The notes under the pieces were generated by a model, which saw only the letters and a list, made by a program, of their open reading frames with translations, did not search any database and was not told the origin of the DNA. DNA of 61,028 bases from Nemertoderma westbladi. Its lineage: Eukaryota; Animalia; Xenacoelomorpha. Of the stretch, positions 12,201-25,684 are shown piece by piece. Location: contig JAUCBJ010006294.1 of NCBI GenBank assembly GCA_032718475.1, positions 1 through 61,028 on the forward strand, in the 5' to 3' direction. Position 1 is the first letter of the stretch; the number at the start of each line of letters is the position of its first letter. The translations under genes and the position numbers were made by a program.

Positions 12201-14629
12201 GAAGGGCTGAATCTAACCAAAACAATAAACAAATTAGTATATGTACAGGTTATAAGACAGAAACAAGCGCGATAAAACACTTAATAAAGATAAATTAAAA
12301 AAAAATAAAAAATATTATATATATAAATATAAATATATAAAATTCCAATAAAAAGTGGACCGAAAATTGAAATCCTGGTATTCTTCACATGGGCAATTTC
12401 GAATGTTGATTGGAACAAAACTAATGAACAGTCAGGCTATAACTTCGCAATTAAATTTTGTAACAGCCCGGGCTAAATCAGTTCTCGCCTAATTCCACGA
12501 ATTTGTATCCCGGTAAGAACACATTGGATTAACGGATATTTACTTTTTTTAAAGGATTTTTTTTATTAGATTTAATTTATTTGGTGTTAATTGAATACTT
12601 GACAAGATGTCTCGTATGACAATCAATAGCAACTATCCACTGAATTAGTTTCTCTCGTCAGAGCGCCTTGTGTAGTTGAGAAATATAAGGGATCTATGGT
12701 TGAAATTGCAACAATTATATTGCGTTTCTTAGTGTATAACACTAAAGACATTGCAAATAGATCTTGTGGGAATATTGGATGATAAATAACTGAGGCTACT
12801 TTATACTTGTCAATGTTGATCACATTGTCTCGTTTTTTTGTAGTGCTTCTGCTTCCAAATGAATTTTTAGTTATAATATCGATGTAGACAATATTTTAAC
12901 TGACTCATACTTTCCAAGATTTCCTCTATAATTTGAAATTTACCATGTCAGATTTGATGCAGAAAAAGCGGCAAAGTTATCCACTTTGAAACATTTCCAA
13001 ACCATTGATAGCAATAATAATATTAAAGATAAAACTTATTGTTACCGAGCTTATTATAATGTATTTAGAATAATGCAACACAATAATAATAACATGATAG
13101 TCCACTGTCGGACACGACAATTTATTATAGCACAATAAAGTAGGGCTACATACATACATACCGGTACCAGAACAGGTCAAATACAAGCAAAAGAAAAAGA
13201 GTTGTAAAAAAGAGCACAACTATATCGTACAACAATTAAAACGTGTGCGGCATAACGTCACAAAAACAACACATTGTGGGGGGAACAACACAATTAGTGC
13301 GAGACTAGATAATAATGTAGTCTCGAGTACAATCACAATATAATATCTACAATTAATTATCTTAATTAATAAATTAATTGGCACCACAAATAGCTATCCA
13401 TCCATATACTTGAAAAAGCGATACATTATTTAATTAAATTACATATAAAAAATTATTCAGGTCTACCCTCATAAAAATATTATGGTTTTCACCATTATGG
13501 TTAAATAAACACAAAGCATAACCAATCATGCTACTAAGTGCAGGCGATATAAATACTGTGAGATAACGCTGTGTGTGATTAGCGATTATCTTTATTCATG
13601 CGCTCCCTGTCTGGTCACATTCAACAAGATTTCGAAATTAATCGTAACCACACCGACAAAATTGTGGCACACCTATTCTGGGTATATTAGGAGACTCAGT
13701 TGCTATAGGAACCATCAATCAATCTAACAATGGCTGTTATTATATCCACATTTCAAGCGGCCTCTCTAAATAGAATTTCGGCAATTAAATACTAACTTCA
13801 TTTTATATCGGAAGACCTTTGTAATTATTAATAAGACGTATTTTTACAGCCACCCTAATTGATATAAAAATAAGCTTATATATAGTTAACAGGAATTGTG
13901 CAGTGCATTTAAAATACTTTGTTATACCAAAACTAACTCGGAAAACTAAAAACTAAACCAAAACCAGAGAAATAATAAAACCAATGTGGTGGAGATGGAG
14001 AAATATAATAAATCAACGTAAAGTTTGTTCAACTATCAACGGAATCAAATCCTGAGTTTTAAATGATAAAAGGTTTAAACAAGATTTACAGTGTCCATGG
14101 GAATAGAAAGGCATTAATATTAACAACACTGTGCGTTTGGTGCAACAAATAAAAGCGACAACCCCAACCAATTCTAATAGATTATAAGAAAACTGAACTG
14201 CACCATATCTCGCGACGAAAACATTGCGTCCTAAAGGCTACAGGCACATAAATAAAACGCAGGGCGCATACCGACCCCTGGCTATTAGTAATACCCAAGG
14301 TGTACATTCTTCCTCCGCAGGTATAAATAACACCCAGGGTGCTATATTATAGTATAATCTGTTGTAGCACCAGAACATTACAATAAGGTACGGTGTGATT
14401 GTTCTGCGCAGTAAACCACCAGTATTTGGTTACCCTAGAAACGAGTCTGTGTGTATGAACTTCCCGCTTCGTCGGGCTGCAAATTCTAAATAAAAGTTAC
14501 ATTTTGATTATTTAAAGGGAAATAAAACCAATCCAACAAAACACAATAGACAGTTTGTTAACTTAAGGGTAATTGTAATTCGCGGGTCTTAAAGTGATCA
14601 TAAGTTAAATGCGACTATTGGTTAAATAA

Positions 14630-17600
14630 CCTAGATATGCAACAATCAGCTGGCCCTGGTAGCAGTCAGCTGATTAGTAACTACTAAGAACCCAGATATG
14701 CAACCAATAATCAGCTGGTAGCAGTCAGCTGATTAGTAACTACTAAGAACCCAGATATGCAACCGATAAATCAGCTGGTAGCAGTCAGCTGATTAGTACT
14801 AAGAACCCAGATATGCAACCGATAATCAGCTGGTAGCAGTCAGCTGATTAGTAACTACTACGAACCCAGATTTGCAACCAATAAATAGCTGGTAGCAGTC
14901 AGCTGATTAGTCACTACTAACAACCCAGATATGCAACCAATAATCTGCTGGTAGCAGTCAGCTGATTAGTAACTACTAAGAACCCAGATATGCAACCGAT
15001 AATCAGCTGGTAGCAGTCAGCTGATTAGTAACTACTAAGAACCCAGATATGCAACCAATAAATAGCTGGTAGCAGTCAGCTGATTAGGCACTACTAACAA
15101 CCCAGATATGCAACCAATATTCTGCTGGTAGCAGTCAGCTGATTAGTAACTACTAAGAACCCAGATATGCAACCGATAATCAGCTGGTAGCAGTCAGCTG
15201 ATTAGTAACTACTAAGAACCCAGATATGCAACCGATATTCAGCTGGTAACAGTCAGCTGATTAGTAACTACTACGAACCCAGATATGCAACCGATATTCA
15301 GCTGGTAGCAGTCAGCTGATTAGTAACTACTACGAACCCAGATATGCAACCAATAAATAGCTGGTAGCAGTCAGCTGATTAGTAACTACTAAGAACCCAG
15401 ATATGCAACCGATAATCAGCTGGTAGCAGTCAGCTGATTAGTAACTACTAAGAACTCAGATATGCAACCAATAATCAGCAGTCTGCTGATTAGTAACTAC
15501 TAAGAACCCAGATATGCAACCGATATTCAGCTGGTAGCAGTCAGCTGATTAGTAACTACTAAGAACCCAGATATGCAACCAATAATCAGCAGTCAGCTGA
15601 TTAGTAACTACTAAGAACCCAGATATGCAACCGATATTCAGCTGGTAGCAGTCAGCTGATTAGTAACTACTACGAACCCAGATATGCAACCAATAATCAG
15701 CTGGTAGCAGTCAGCTGATTAGTAACTACTAAGAACCCAGATATGCAACCGATATTCAGCTGGTAGCAGTCAGCTGATTAGTAACTACTACGAACCCAGA
15801 TATGCAACCAATAATCAGCTGGTAGCAGTCAGCTGATTAGTACTAAGAACCCAGATATGCAACCAATAATCAGCTGGTAGCAGTCAGCTGATTAGTACTA
15901 AGAACCCAGATATGCAACCGATATTCAGCTGGTAGCAGTCAGCTGATTAGTAACTACTACGAACCCAGATATGCAACCAATAATCAGCTGGTAGCAGTCA
16001 GCTGATTAGTACTAAGAACCCAGATATGCAACCAATAATCAGCTGGTAGCAGTCAGCTGATTAGTACTAAGAACCCAGATATGCAACCGATAATCAGCTG
16101 GTAGCAGTCAGCTGATTAGTAACTACTACGAACCCAGATATGCAACCAATAATCAGCTGGTAGCAGTCAGCTGATTAGTACTAAGAACCCAGATATGCAA
16201 CCGATAATCAGCTGGTAGCAGTCAGCTGATTAGTAACTACTAAGAACCCAGATATGCAACCGATAATCAGCTGGTAGCAGTCAGCTGATTAGTAACTACT
16301 AAGAACCCAGATATGCAACCAATAATCAGCTGGTAGCAGTCAGCTGATTAGTAACTACTAAGAACCCAGATTTGCAACCGATAAATCAGCTGGTAGCAGT
16401 CAGCTGATTAGTAACTACTAAGAACCCAGATATGCAACCGATATTCAGCTGGTAGCAGTCAGCTGATTAGTAACTACTACGAACCCAGATATGCAACCAA
16501 TAATCAGCTGGTAGCAGTCAGCTGATTAGTAACTACTAAGAACCCAGATATGCAACCGATAAATCAGCTGGTAGCAGTCAGCTGATTAGTAACTACTACG
16601 AACCCAGAAATGTAACCAATAATCAGCTGGTAGCAGTCAGCTGATTAGTACTAAGAACCCAGATATGCAACCGAAAATCAGCTGGTAGCAGTCAGCTGAT
16701 TAGTAACTACTAAGAACCCAGATATGCAACCAATAATCAGCTGGTAGCAGTCAGCTGCTTAGTACTAAGAACCCAGATATGCAACCGATAATCAGCTGGT
16801 AGCAGTCAGCTGATTAGTAACTACTAAGAACCCAGATATGCAACCAATAATCAGCTGGTAGCAGTCAGCTGATTAGTAACTACTAAGAACCCAGATATGC
16901 AACCGATAAATCAGCTGGTAGCAGTCGGCTGATTAGTAACTACTAAGAACCCAGATATGCAAATAATCAGCTGGTAGTGGTCAGCTGATTAGTAACTACT
17001 AAGAACCCAGATATGCAACCAATAATCAGCAGTCAGCTGATTAGTAACTACTAGGAACCCAGATATGCAACCGATAATCAGCTGGTAGCAGTCAGCTGAT
17101 TAGTAACTACTAAGAACCCAGATATGCAACCAATAATCAGCAGTCAGCTGATTAGTAACTACTAGGAACCCAGATATGCAACCGATAATCAGCTGGTAGC
17201 AGTCAGCTGATTAGTAACTACTAAGAACCCAGATATGCAACCGATAAATCAGCTGGTAGCAGTCAGCTGATTAGTAACTACTAAGAACCCAGATATGCAA
17301 CCGATAATCAGCTGGTAGCAGTCAGCTGATTAGTAACTACTAAGAACCCAGATATGCAACCGATAATCAGCTGGTAGCAGTCAGCTGATTAGTAACTACT
17401 AAGAACCCAGATATGCAACCAATAATCAGCAGTCAGCTGATTAGTAACTACTAGGAACCCAGATATGCAACCGATAATCAGCTGGTAGCAGTCAGCTGAT
17501 TAGTAACTACTAAGAACCCAGATATGCAAATAATCAGCTGGTAGTGGTCAGCTGATTAGTAACTACTAAGAACCCAGATATGCAACCAATAATCAGCAGT

Positions 17601-20600
17601 CAGCTGATTAGTAACTACTAGGAACCCAGATATGCAACCGATAATCAGCTGGTAGCAGTCAGCTGATTAGTAACTACTAAGAACCCAGATATGCAAATAA
17701 TCAGCTGGTAGTGGTCAGCTGATTAGTAACTACTAAGAACCCAGATATGCAACCGATAATCAGCAGTCAGCTGATTAGTAACTACTAAGAACCCAGATAT
17801 GCAACCAATAATCAGCTGGTAGCAGTCAGCTGATTAGTAACTACTAAGAACCCAGATATGCAACCGATAAATCAGCTGGTAGCAGTCAGCTGATTAGTAA
17901 CTACTAAGAACCCAGATATGCAACCGATAATCAGCTGGTAGCAGCCAGCTGATGAGTAACTACTAAGAACCCAGATATGCAACCGATAAATCAGCTGGTA
18001 GCAGTCAGCTGATTAGTAACTACTAAGAACCCAGATATGCAACCGATAATCAGCTGGTAGCAGTCAGCTGATTAGTAACTACTAAGAACTCAGATATGCA
18101 ACCAATAATCAGCAGTCAGCTGATTAGTAACTACTAAGAACCCAGATATGCAACCAATAATCAGCTGGTAGCAGTCAGCTGATTAGTAACTACTAAGAAC
18201 CCAGATATGCAACCGATAAATCAGCTGGTAGCAGTCAGCTGATTAGTAACTACTAAGAACCCAGATATGCAACCGATAATCAGCTGGTAGCAGTCAGCTG
18301 ATGAGTAACTACTACGAACCCAGATATGCAACCAATAATCAGCTGGTAGCAGTCAGCTGATTAGTAACTACTAAGAACCCAGATATGCAACCAATAATCA
18401 GCTGGTAGCAGTCAGCTGATTAGTAACTACTAAGAACCCAGATATGCAACCGATAAATCAGCTGGTAGCAGTCAGCTGATTAGTAACTACTACGAACCCA
18501 GATATGCAACCAATAATCAGCTGGTAGCAGTCAGCTGATTAGTACTAAGAACCCAGATATGCAACCGAAAATCAGCTGGTAGCAGTCAGCTGATTAGTAA
18601 CTACTAAGAACCCAGATATGCAACCAATAATCAGCTGGTAGCAGTCAGCTGCTTAGTACTAAGAACCCAGATATGCAACCGATAATCAGCTGGTAGCAGT
18701 CAGCTGATTAGTAACTACTAAGAACCCAGATATGCAACCAATAATCAGCTGGTAGCAGTCAGCTGATTAGTAACTACTAAGAACCCAGATATGCAACCGA
18801 TAAATCAGCTGGTAGCAGTCAGCTGATTAGTAACTACTAAGAACCCAGATATGCAACCGATAATCAGTTGGTAGCAGTCAGCTGATTAGTAACTACTAAG
18901 AACCCAGATATGCAACCAATAATCAGCTGGTAGCAGTCAGCTGATTAGTAACTACTAAGAACCCAGATATGCAACCGATAAATCAGCTGGTAGCAGTCAG
19001 CTGATTAGTAACTACTAAGAACCCAGATATGCAAATAATCAGCTGGTAGTGGTCAGCTGATTAGTAACTACTAAGAACCCAGATATGCAACCAATAATCA
19101 GCAGTCAGCTGATTAGTAACTACTAGGAACCCAGATATGCAACCGATAATCAGCTGGTAGCAGTCAGCTGATTAGTAACTACTAAGAACCCAGATATGCA
19201 ACCAATAATCAGCAGTCAGCTGATTAGTAACTACTAGGAACCCAGATATGCAACCGATAATCAGCTGGTAGCAGTCAGCTGATTAGTAACTACTAAGAAC
19301 CCAGATATGCAACCGATAAATCAGCTGGTAGCAGTCAGCTGATTAGTAACTACTAAGAACCCAGATATGCAACCAATAATCAGCTGGTAGCAGTCAGCTG
19401 ATTAGTAACTACTAAGAACCCAGATATGCAACCGATAATCAGCTGGTAGCAGTCAGCTGATTAGTAACTACTAAGAACTCAGATATGCAACCAATAATCA
19501 GCAGTCAGCTGATTAGTAACTACTAAGAACCCAGATATGCAACCAATAATCAGCTGGTAGCAGTCAGCTGATTAGTAACTACTAAGAACCCAGATATGCA
19601 AGCAATAATCAGCAGTCAGCTGATTAGTAACTACTAGGAACCCAGATATGCAACCAATAATCAGCTGGTAGCAGTCAGCTGATTAGTAACTACTAAGAAC
19701 CCAGATATGCAAATAATCAGCTGGTAGTGGTCAGCTGATTAGTAACTACTAAGAACCCAGATATGCAACCAATAATCAGCAGTCAGCTGATTAGTAACTA
19801 CTAGGAACCCAGATATGCAACCGATAATCAGCTGGTAGCAGTCAGCTGATTAGTAACTACTAAGAACCCAGATATGCAAATAATCAGCTGGTAGTGGTCA
19901 GCTGATTAGTAACTACTAAGAACCCAGATATGCAACCGATAATCAGCAGTCAGCTGATTAGTAACTACTAAGAACCCAGATATGCAACCAATAATCAGCT
20001 GGTAGCAGTCAGCTGATTAGTAACTACTAAGAACCCAGATATGCAACCGATAAATCAGCTGGTAGCAGTCAGCTGATTAGTAACTACTAAGAACCCAGAT
20101 ATGCAACCGATAATCAGCTGGTAGCAGTCAGCTGATGAGTAACTACTAAGAACCCAGATATGCAACCGATAAATCAGCTGGTAGCAGTCAGCTGATTAGT
20201 AACTACTAAGAACCCAGATATGCAACCGATAATCAGCTGGTAGCAGTCAGCTGATTAGTAACTACTAAGAACTCAGATATGCAACCAATAATCAGCAGTC
20301 AGCTGATTAGTAACTACTAAGAACCCAGATATGCAACCAATAATCAGCTGGTAGCAGTCAGCTGATTAGTAACTACTAAGAACCCAGATATGCAACCGAT
20401 AAATCAGCTGGTAGCAGTCAGCTGATTAGTAACTACTAAGAACCCAGATATGCAACCGATAATCAGCTGGTAGCAGTCAGCTGATGAGTAACTACTACGA
20501 ACCCAGATATGCAACCAATAATCAGCTGGTAGCAGTCAGCTAATTAGTAACTACTAAGAACCCAGATATGCAACCAATAATCAGCTGGTAGCAGTCAGCT

Positions 20601-23600
20601 GATTAGTAACTACTAAGAACCCAGATATGCAACCGATAAATCAGCTGGTAGCAGTCAGCTGATTAGTAACTACTACGAACCCAGATATGCAACCAATAAT
20701 CAGCTGGTAGCAGTCAGCTGATTAGTACTAAGAACCCAGATAAGCAACCGAAAATCAGCTGGTAGCAGTCAGCTGATTAGTAACTACTAAGAACCCAGAT
20801 ATGCAACCAATAATCAGCTGGTAGCAGTCAGCTGCTTAGTACTAAGAACCCAGATATGCAACCGATAATCAGCTGGTAGCAGTCAGCTGATTAGTAACTA
20901 CTAAGAACCCAGATATGCAACCAATAATCAGCTGGTAGCAGTCAGCTGATTAGTAACTACTAAGAACCCAGATATGCAACCGATAAATCAGCTGGTAGCA
21001 GTCAGCTGATTAGTAACTACTAAGAACCCAGATATGCAACCGATAATCAGCTGGTAGCAGTCAGCTGATTAGTAACTACTAAGAACCCAGATATGCAACC
21101 AATAATCAGCTGGTAGCAGTCAGCTGATTAGTAACTACTAAGAACCCAGATATGCAACCGATAAATCAGCTGGTAGCAGTCAGCTGGTTAGTAACTACTA
21201 AGAACCCAGATATGCAAATAATCAGCTGGTAGTGGTCAGCTGATTAGTAACTACTAAGAACCCAGATATGCAACCAATAATCAGCAGTCAGCTGATTAGT
21301 AACTACTAGGAACCCAGATATGCAACTGATAATCAGCTGGTAGCAGTCAGCTGATTAGTAACTACTAAGAACCCAGATATGCAACCAATAATCAGCAGTC
21401 AGCTGATTAGTAACTACTAGGAACCCAGATATGCAACCGATAATCAGCTGGTAGCAGTCAGCTGATTAGTAACTACTAAGAACCCAGATATGCAACCGAT
21501 AAATCAGCTGGTAGCAGTCAGCTGATTAGTAACTACTAAGAACCCAGATATGCAACCGATAATCAGCTGGTAGCAGTCAGCTGATCAGTAACTACTAAGA
21601 ACCCAGATATGCAACCGATAATCAGCTGGTAGCAGTCAGCTGATTAGTAACTACTAAGAACCCAGATATGCAACCAATAATCAGCAGTCAGCTGATTAGT
21701 AACTACTAGGAACCCAGATATGCAACCGATAATCAGCTGGTAGCAGTCAGCTGATTAGTAACTACTAAGAACCCAGATATGCAAATAATCAGCTGGTAGT
21801 GGTCAGCTGATTAGTAACTACTAAGAACCCAGATATGCAACCAATAATCAGCAGTCAGCTGATTAGTAACTACTAGGAACCCAGATATGCAACCGATAAT
21901 CAGCTGGTAGCAGTCAGCTGATTAGTAACTACTAAGAACCCAGATATGCAAATAATCAGCTGGTAGTGGTCAGCTGATTAGCAACTACTAAGAACCCAGA
22001 TATGCAACCGATAATCAGCAGTCAGCTGATTAGTAACTACTAAGAACCCAGATATGCAACCAATAATCAGCTGGTAGCAGTCAGCTGATTAGTAACTACT
22101 AAGAACCCAGATATGCAACCAATAAATCAGCTGGTAGCAGTCAGCTGATTAGTAACTACTAAGAACCCAGATATGCAACCGATAATCTGCTGGTAGCAGT
22201 CAGCTGATGAGTAACTACTAAGAACCCAGATATGCAACCGATAAATCAGCTGGTAGCAGTCAGCTGATTAGTAACTACTAAGAACCCAGATATGCAACCG
22301 ATAATCAGCTGGTAGCAGTCAGCTGATTAGTAACTACTAAGAACTCAGATATGCAACCAATAATCAGCAGTCAGCTGATTAGTAACTACTAAGAACCCAG
22401 ATATGCAACCAATAATCAGCTGGTAGCAGTCAGCTGATTAGTAACTACTAAGAACCCAGATATGCAACCGATAAATCAGCTGGTAGCAGTCAGCTGATTA
22501 GTAACTACTAAGAACCCAGATATGCAACCGATAATCAGCTGGTAGCAGTCAGCTGATGAGTAACTACTAAGAACCCAGATATGCAACAATCAGCTGGTCC
22601 TGGTAGCAGTCAGCTGATTAGTAACTACTAGGAACCCAGATATGCAACCGATAATCATCTGGTAGCAGTCAGCTGATTAGTAACTACTAAGAACTAGGGA
22701 TGCGACAGAGCTAAAATTTCATCCGGAGCCGGAGCCCGGAGGTTGCTCCGGATTACAATATGAGCTCCGGCCAGAGACGGAGCCGGAGCCGGAGTTTGGT
22801 GATTGATAATTCCAGTGTATTATTATATTAGACATAAACAGATATGTGTCCATGAGACATGGGGGGGGGGGGGGGATTTGATGCAATTTCTTACGCGGCG
22901 AATTAATATCTCGCCTCAATGTTAAATTATCAATTAAGGGAAATGAGCAATTTACAGTCGCATACTATTATAATCAAAACAATAAACTAACTATATTCAA
23001 TATAACAGGTTACAGTTTTTTTGTAGTAATCAGCAGTTATTTGCGTCGATTTTCCCCTGGAGAGGGAAGGGATGAATTTATATTGCGTCCAAAGACTCCC
23101 TGCTGTAAAATGGTACATCAACCAATGGGTATCGTGACGAAGCCAAAAAACTATATTGGGGGGGGGGGGGGGGGGGGGGGGTGATACTCTACCGACATCA
23201 AAACAACGCAGGACATTATTATGACCATCGCTAATTATGTCTATAATTTATGTCAGGTAATACGTCATAGGTCCTATAGTCGTTAGGTCCCGTGACATAA
23301 TGTCCTGCGACAATAGATCCTTAGTTACAACAGCTATGATTACTAGTATAAAATTAATCTGTAACATGTGCTATCGAGTCTCGTTAGAATAATACCGGTC
23401 CGTCACTATATAACCTGCACCCTTCTCGACTGAAAAAACGACATGAACAGTACCAACCTGTTGTGGATGGGGGGTGGGGGTCAGTGGAATTGGGGTTCTA
23501 GACTGACGAACGAAACGAGAGTACATGTACAGTATTTAATATTTTTAATTAGGGAAGAATATTAATTGAATTAACTGAATCATTTCAATGTTTTTGTCTA

Positions 23601-24496
23601 AATATTTAAACAATTTCTCAAGGGTGGGTGGGGGTTTATCAGGAAACTTAAAAAAACAAGCTGTAAATTACTTAATGAGTTATTATGTTAATTACTATGA
23701 TATTTACATTATTCATACATCAGAAAAACTTATTATTTTAATTCAAATTTCAACAACATGAGCTCCGGATTGGCTCCGGGTTAATTTGCCCGGAGCCGGA
23801 ACCAGAGCCGGAACTAGAAAATTGGCCCGGAGCTCCGGATTTCCGGAGCCGGAGCCGGAGCTCTGTCGCATCCCTACTAAGAACCCAGATATGCAAATAA
23901 TCAGCTGGTAGTGGTCAGCTGATTAGTAACTACTAAGAACCCAGATATGCAACCAATAATCAGCAGTCAGCTGATTATTAACTACTAGGAACCCAGATAT
24001 GCAACCGATAATCAGCTGGTAGCAGTCAGCTGATTAGTAACTACTAAGAACCCAGATATGCAAATAATCAGCTGGTAGTGGTCAGCTGATTAGTAACTAC
24101 TAAGAACCCAGATATGCAACCGATAATCAGCAGTCAGCTGATTAGTAACTACTAAGAACCCAGATATGCAACCAATAATCAGCTGGTAGCAGTCAGCTGA
24201 TTAGTAACTACTAAGAACCCAGATATGCAACCGATAAATCAGCTGGTAGCAGTCAGCTGATTAGTAACTACTAAGAACCCAGATATGCAACCGATAATCA
24301 GCTGGTAGCAGTCAGCTGATGAGTAACTACTAAGAACCCAGATATGCAACCGATAAATCAGCTGGTAGCAGTCAGCTGATTAGTAACTACTAAGAACCCA
24401 GATATGCAACCGATAATCAGCTGGTAGCAGTCAGCTGATTAGTAACTACTAAGAACTCAGATATGCAACCAATAATCAGCAGTCAGCTGATTAGTA
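14630..24496. repeat. Tandem array, ~59-bp unit x ~150, with ~2.1-kb higher-order structure, interrupted by a MITE
   Basis: Unit aagaacccagatatgcaaccgataatcagctggtagcagtcagctgattagtaactact, with shorter and 60-bp variants recurring in blocks. Confidence 0.97.
22695..23876. mobile_element. hAT-type non-autonomous transposon inserted in the 59-bp array
   Basis: Perfect 18-bp TIR tagggatgcgacagagct. 8-bp TSD ctaagaac at 22687-22694 and 23877-23884. Subterminal ccggag repeats at both ends. Confidence 0.92.
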
Positions 24497-24741
24497 GCGA
24501 CCTTTACAAGTGAAAAGGTATTAAGAGAAAAACAAATAAGAGAGAGAGCGAATGATGCTCACTATATTTACACCTGTATGATGTCTGAATAAATTAGACC
24601 TACAATTATTATTAATACTAAACAATTGTTTTACACACTACACTTGGATCATATGTGCCATATATGTGGATCATATGCCATGACCCTGTGACCAATAATC
24701 TCATCTGCATTCCAACCTTGGGTGTTTCACCCTTGGGCGCT

Positions 24742-24849
24742 TCACTCTCCCTCGGGCATTTCTCCATCCTCCAAGTTTCGGTCGAGTCTTCGAAGTTCGA
24801 GATATTCTGCGCGACATTTACGCTTCCATTTATAATAAAATTCAATAAC
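24742..24849 (-). CDS. TRERF1: TRERF1/ZNF541/MIDEAS-family protein, last coding exon (SANT C-terminus, stop)
   Basis: tttag|GTT; VIEFYYKWKRKCRAEYLELRRLDRNLEDGEMPEGE*, where xxFYYxWK ends the SANT domain. Confidence 0.85.
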   Translation of the reverse strand, partial: VIEFYYKWKRKCRAEYLELRRLDRNLEDGEMPEGE

Positions 24850-25071
24850 CTAAACAAATTTATAAATAATAATGAACCAACTTTTCTTCGATTTCATACG
24901 TAGTACACGTCATATCTCCTGGAATATACCCTAATGAGATAATTTACCTCCCGCTTTCTCACTTGGTGAGTCAGAATTTGTATTCATGCTCTCAAACTTA
25001 AGTGTTAAAAATGATATGTCGTCGATAAATTCCAGTCGTACTAGCTGTGCCTCATACCATGCCAACCATTG

Positions 25072-25300
25072 GCTGTTACCATAGCAACCTGTGACTGTTA
25101 CCACACCAACCTGCCCCTGTTACCATATAAACATATGCCTGTTGTTGTTACCAAAGCAACATATGCCTGTTACCATAGCAACATATTCCTGTTACCATAG
25201 CAACATTTGCCTGCTGTTACCATAGCAACCTATGCATGTTACCATAGAAACATATGCATGTTACCATAGCAACCTGAACCTGTTATTATACAAACCTGTG
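25072..25300. repeat. Degenerate ~22-bp tandem array (9-10 units) with core GTTACCATAGCAAC
   Basis: Nine tgttacc-xxx-aac units between 25074 and 25273, five of them exact gttaccatagcaac. Abuts the donor at 25295. Confidence 0.85.
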
Positions 25301-25609
25301 CCTGGGTCTTTGTCTCCACTTCCTTCTGTATAGTACCGAAGTCCTTGCCGTACCGACGGAACGAGGTTATGAATTGCCGACGTTCCCCTTGTGTCCAGGG
25401 CTGGTTGTCAAGGTAACGGTAACAACGAAACGAATCGGTCGATGGCAGTGACGATAAGTCGTGTAGATGGATGTCCCACAAAAAGGATAGAGCCGGTAGG
25501 ACGTTACCTTTATATCTTTGAAGAGCGTGCAGAGAGAGTTCTAGATTACGGAAATGATTTTCCTTACCCTCTGGTAGTTGGCGGAAAGCGAGTTCGAAGT
25601 ATTTCGACA
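25296..25609 (-). CDS. TRERF1: TRERF1-like exon: ELM2 C-terminal half + SANT
   Basis: ttttag|TG (phase 1) ... CAG|GTTTG. LELSLHAL...AL..L and WTQGERRQFITSFRRYGKDFGTIQKEVETKTQAQ are ELM2-SANT signatures. Confidence 0.92.
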
Positions 25610-25684
25610 CTAAAATATAATAGGAATATAAAGTATAACAAGAATCATAAAAACAAAGTTAATCTAGTATTCCTCAAAAGTACC

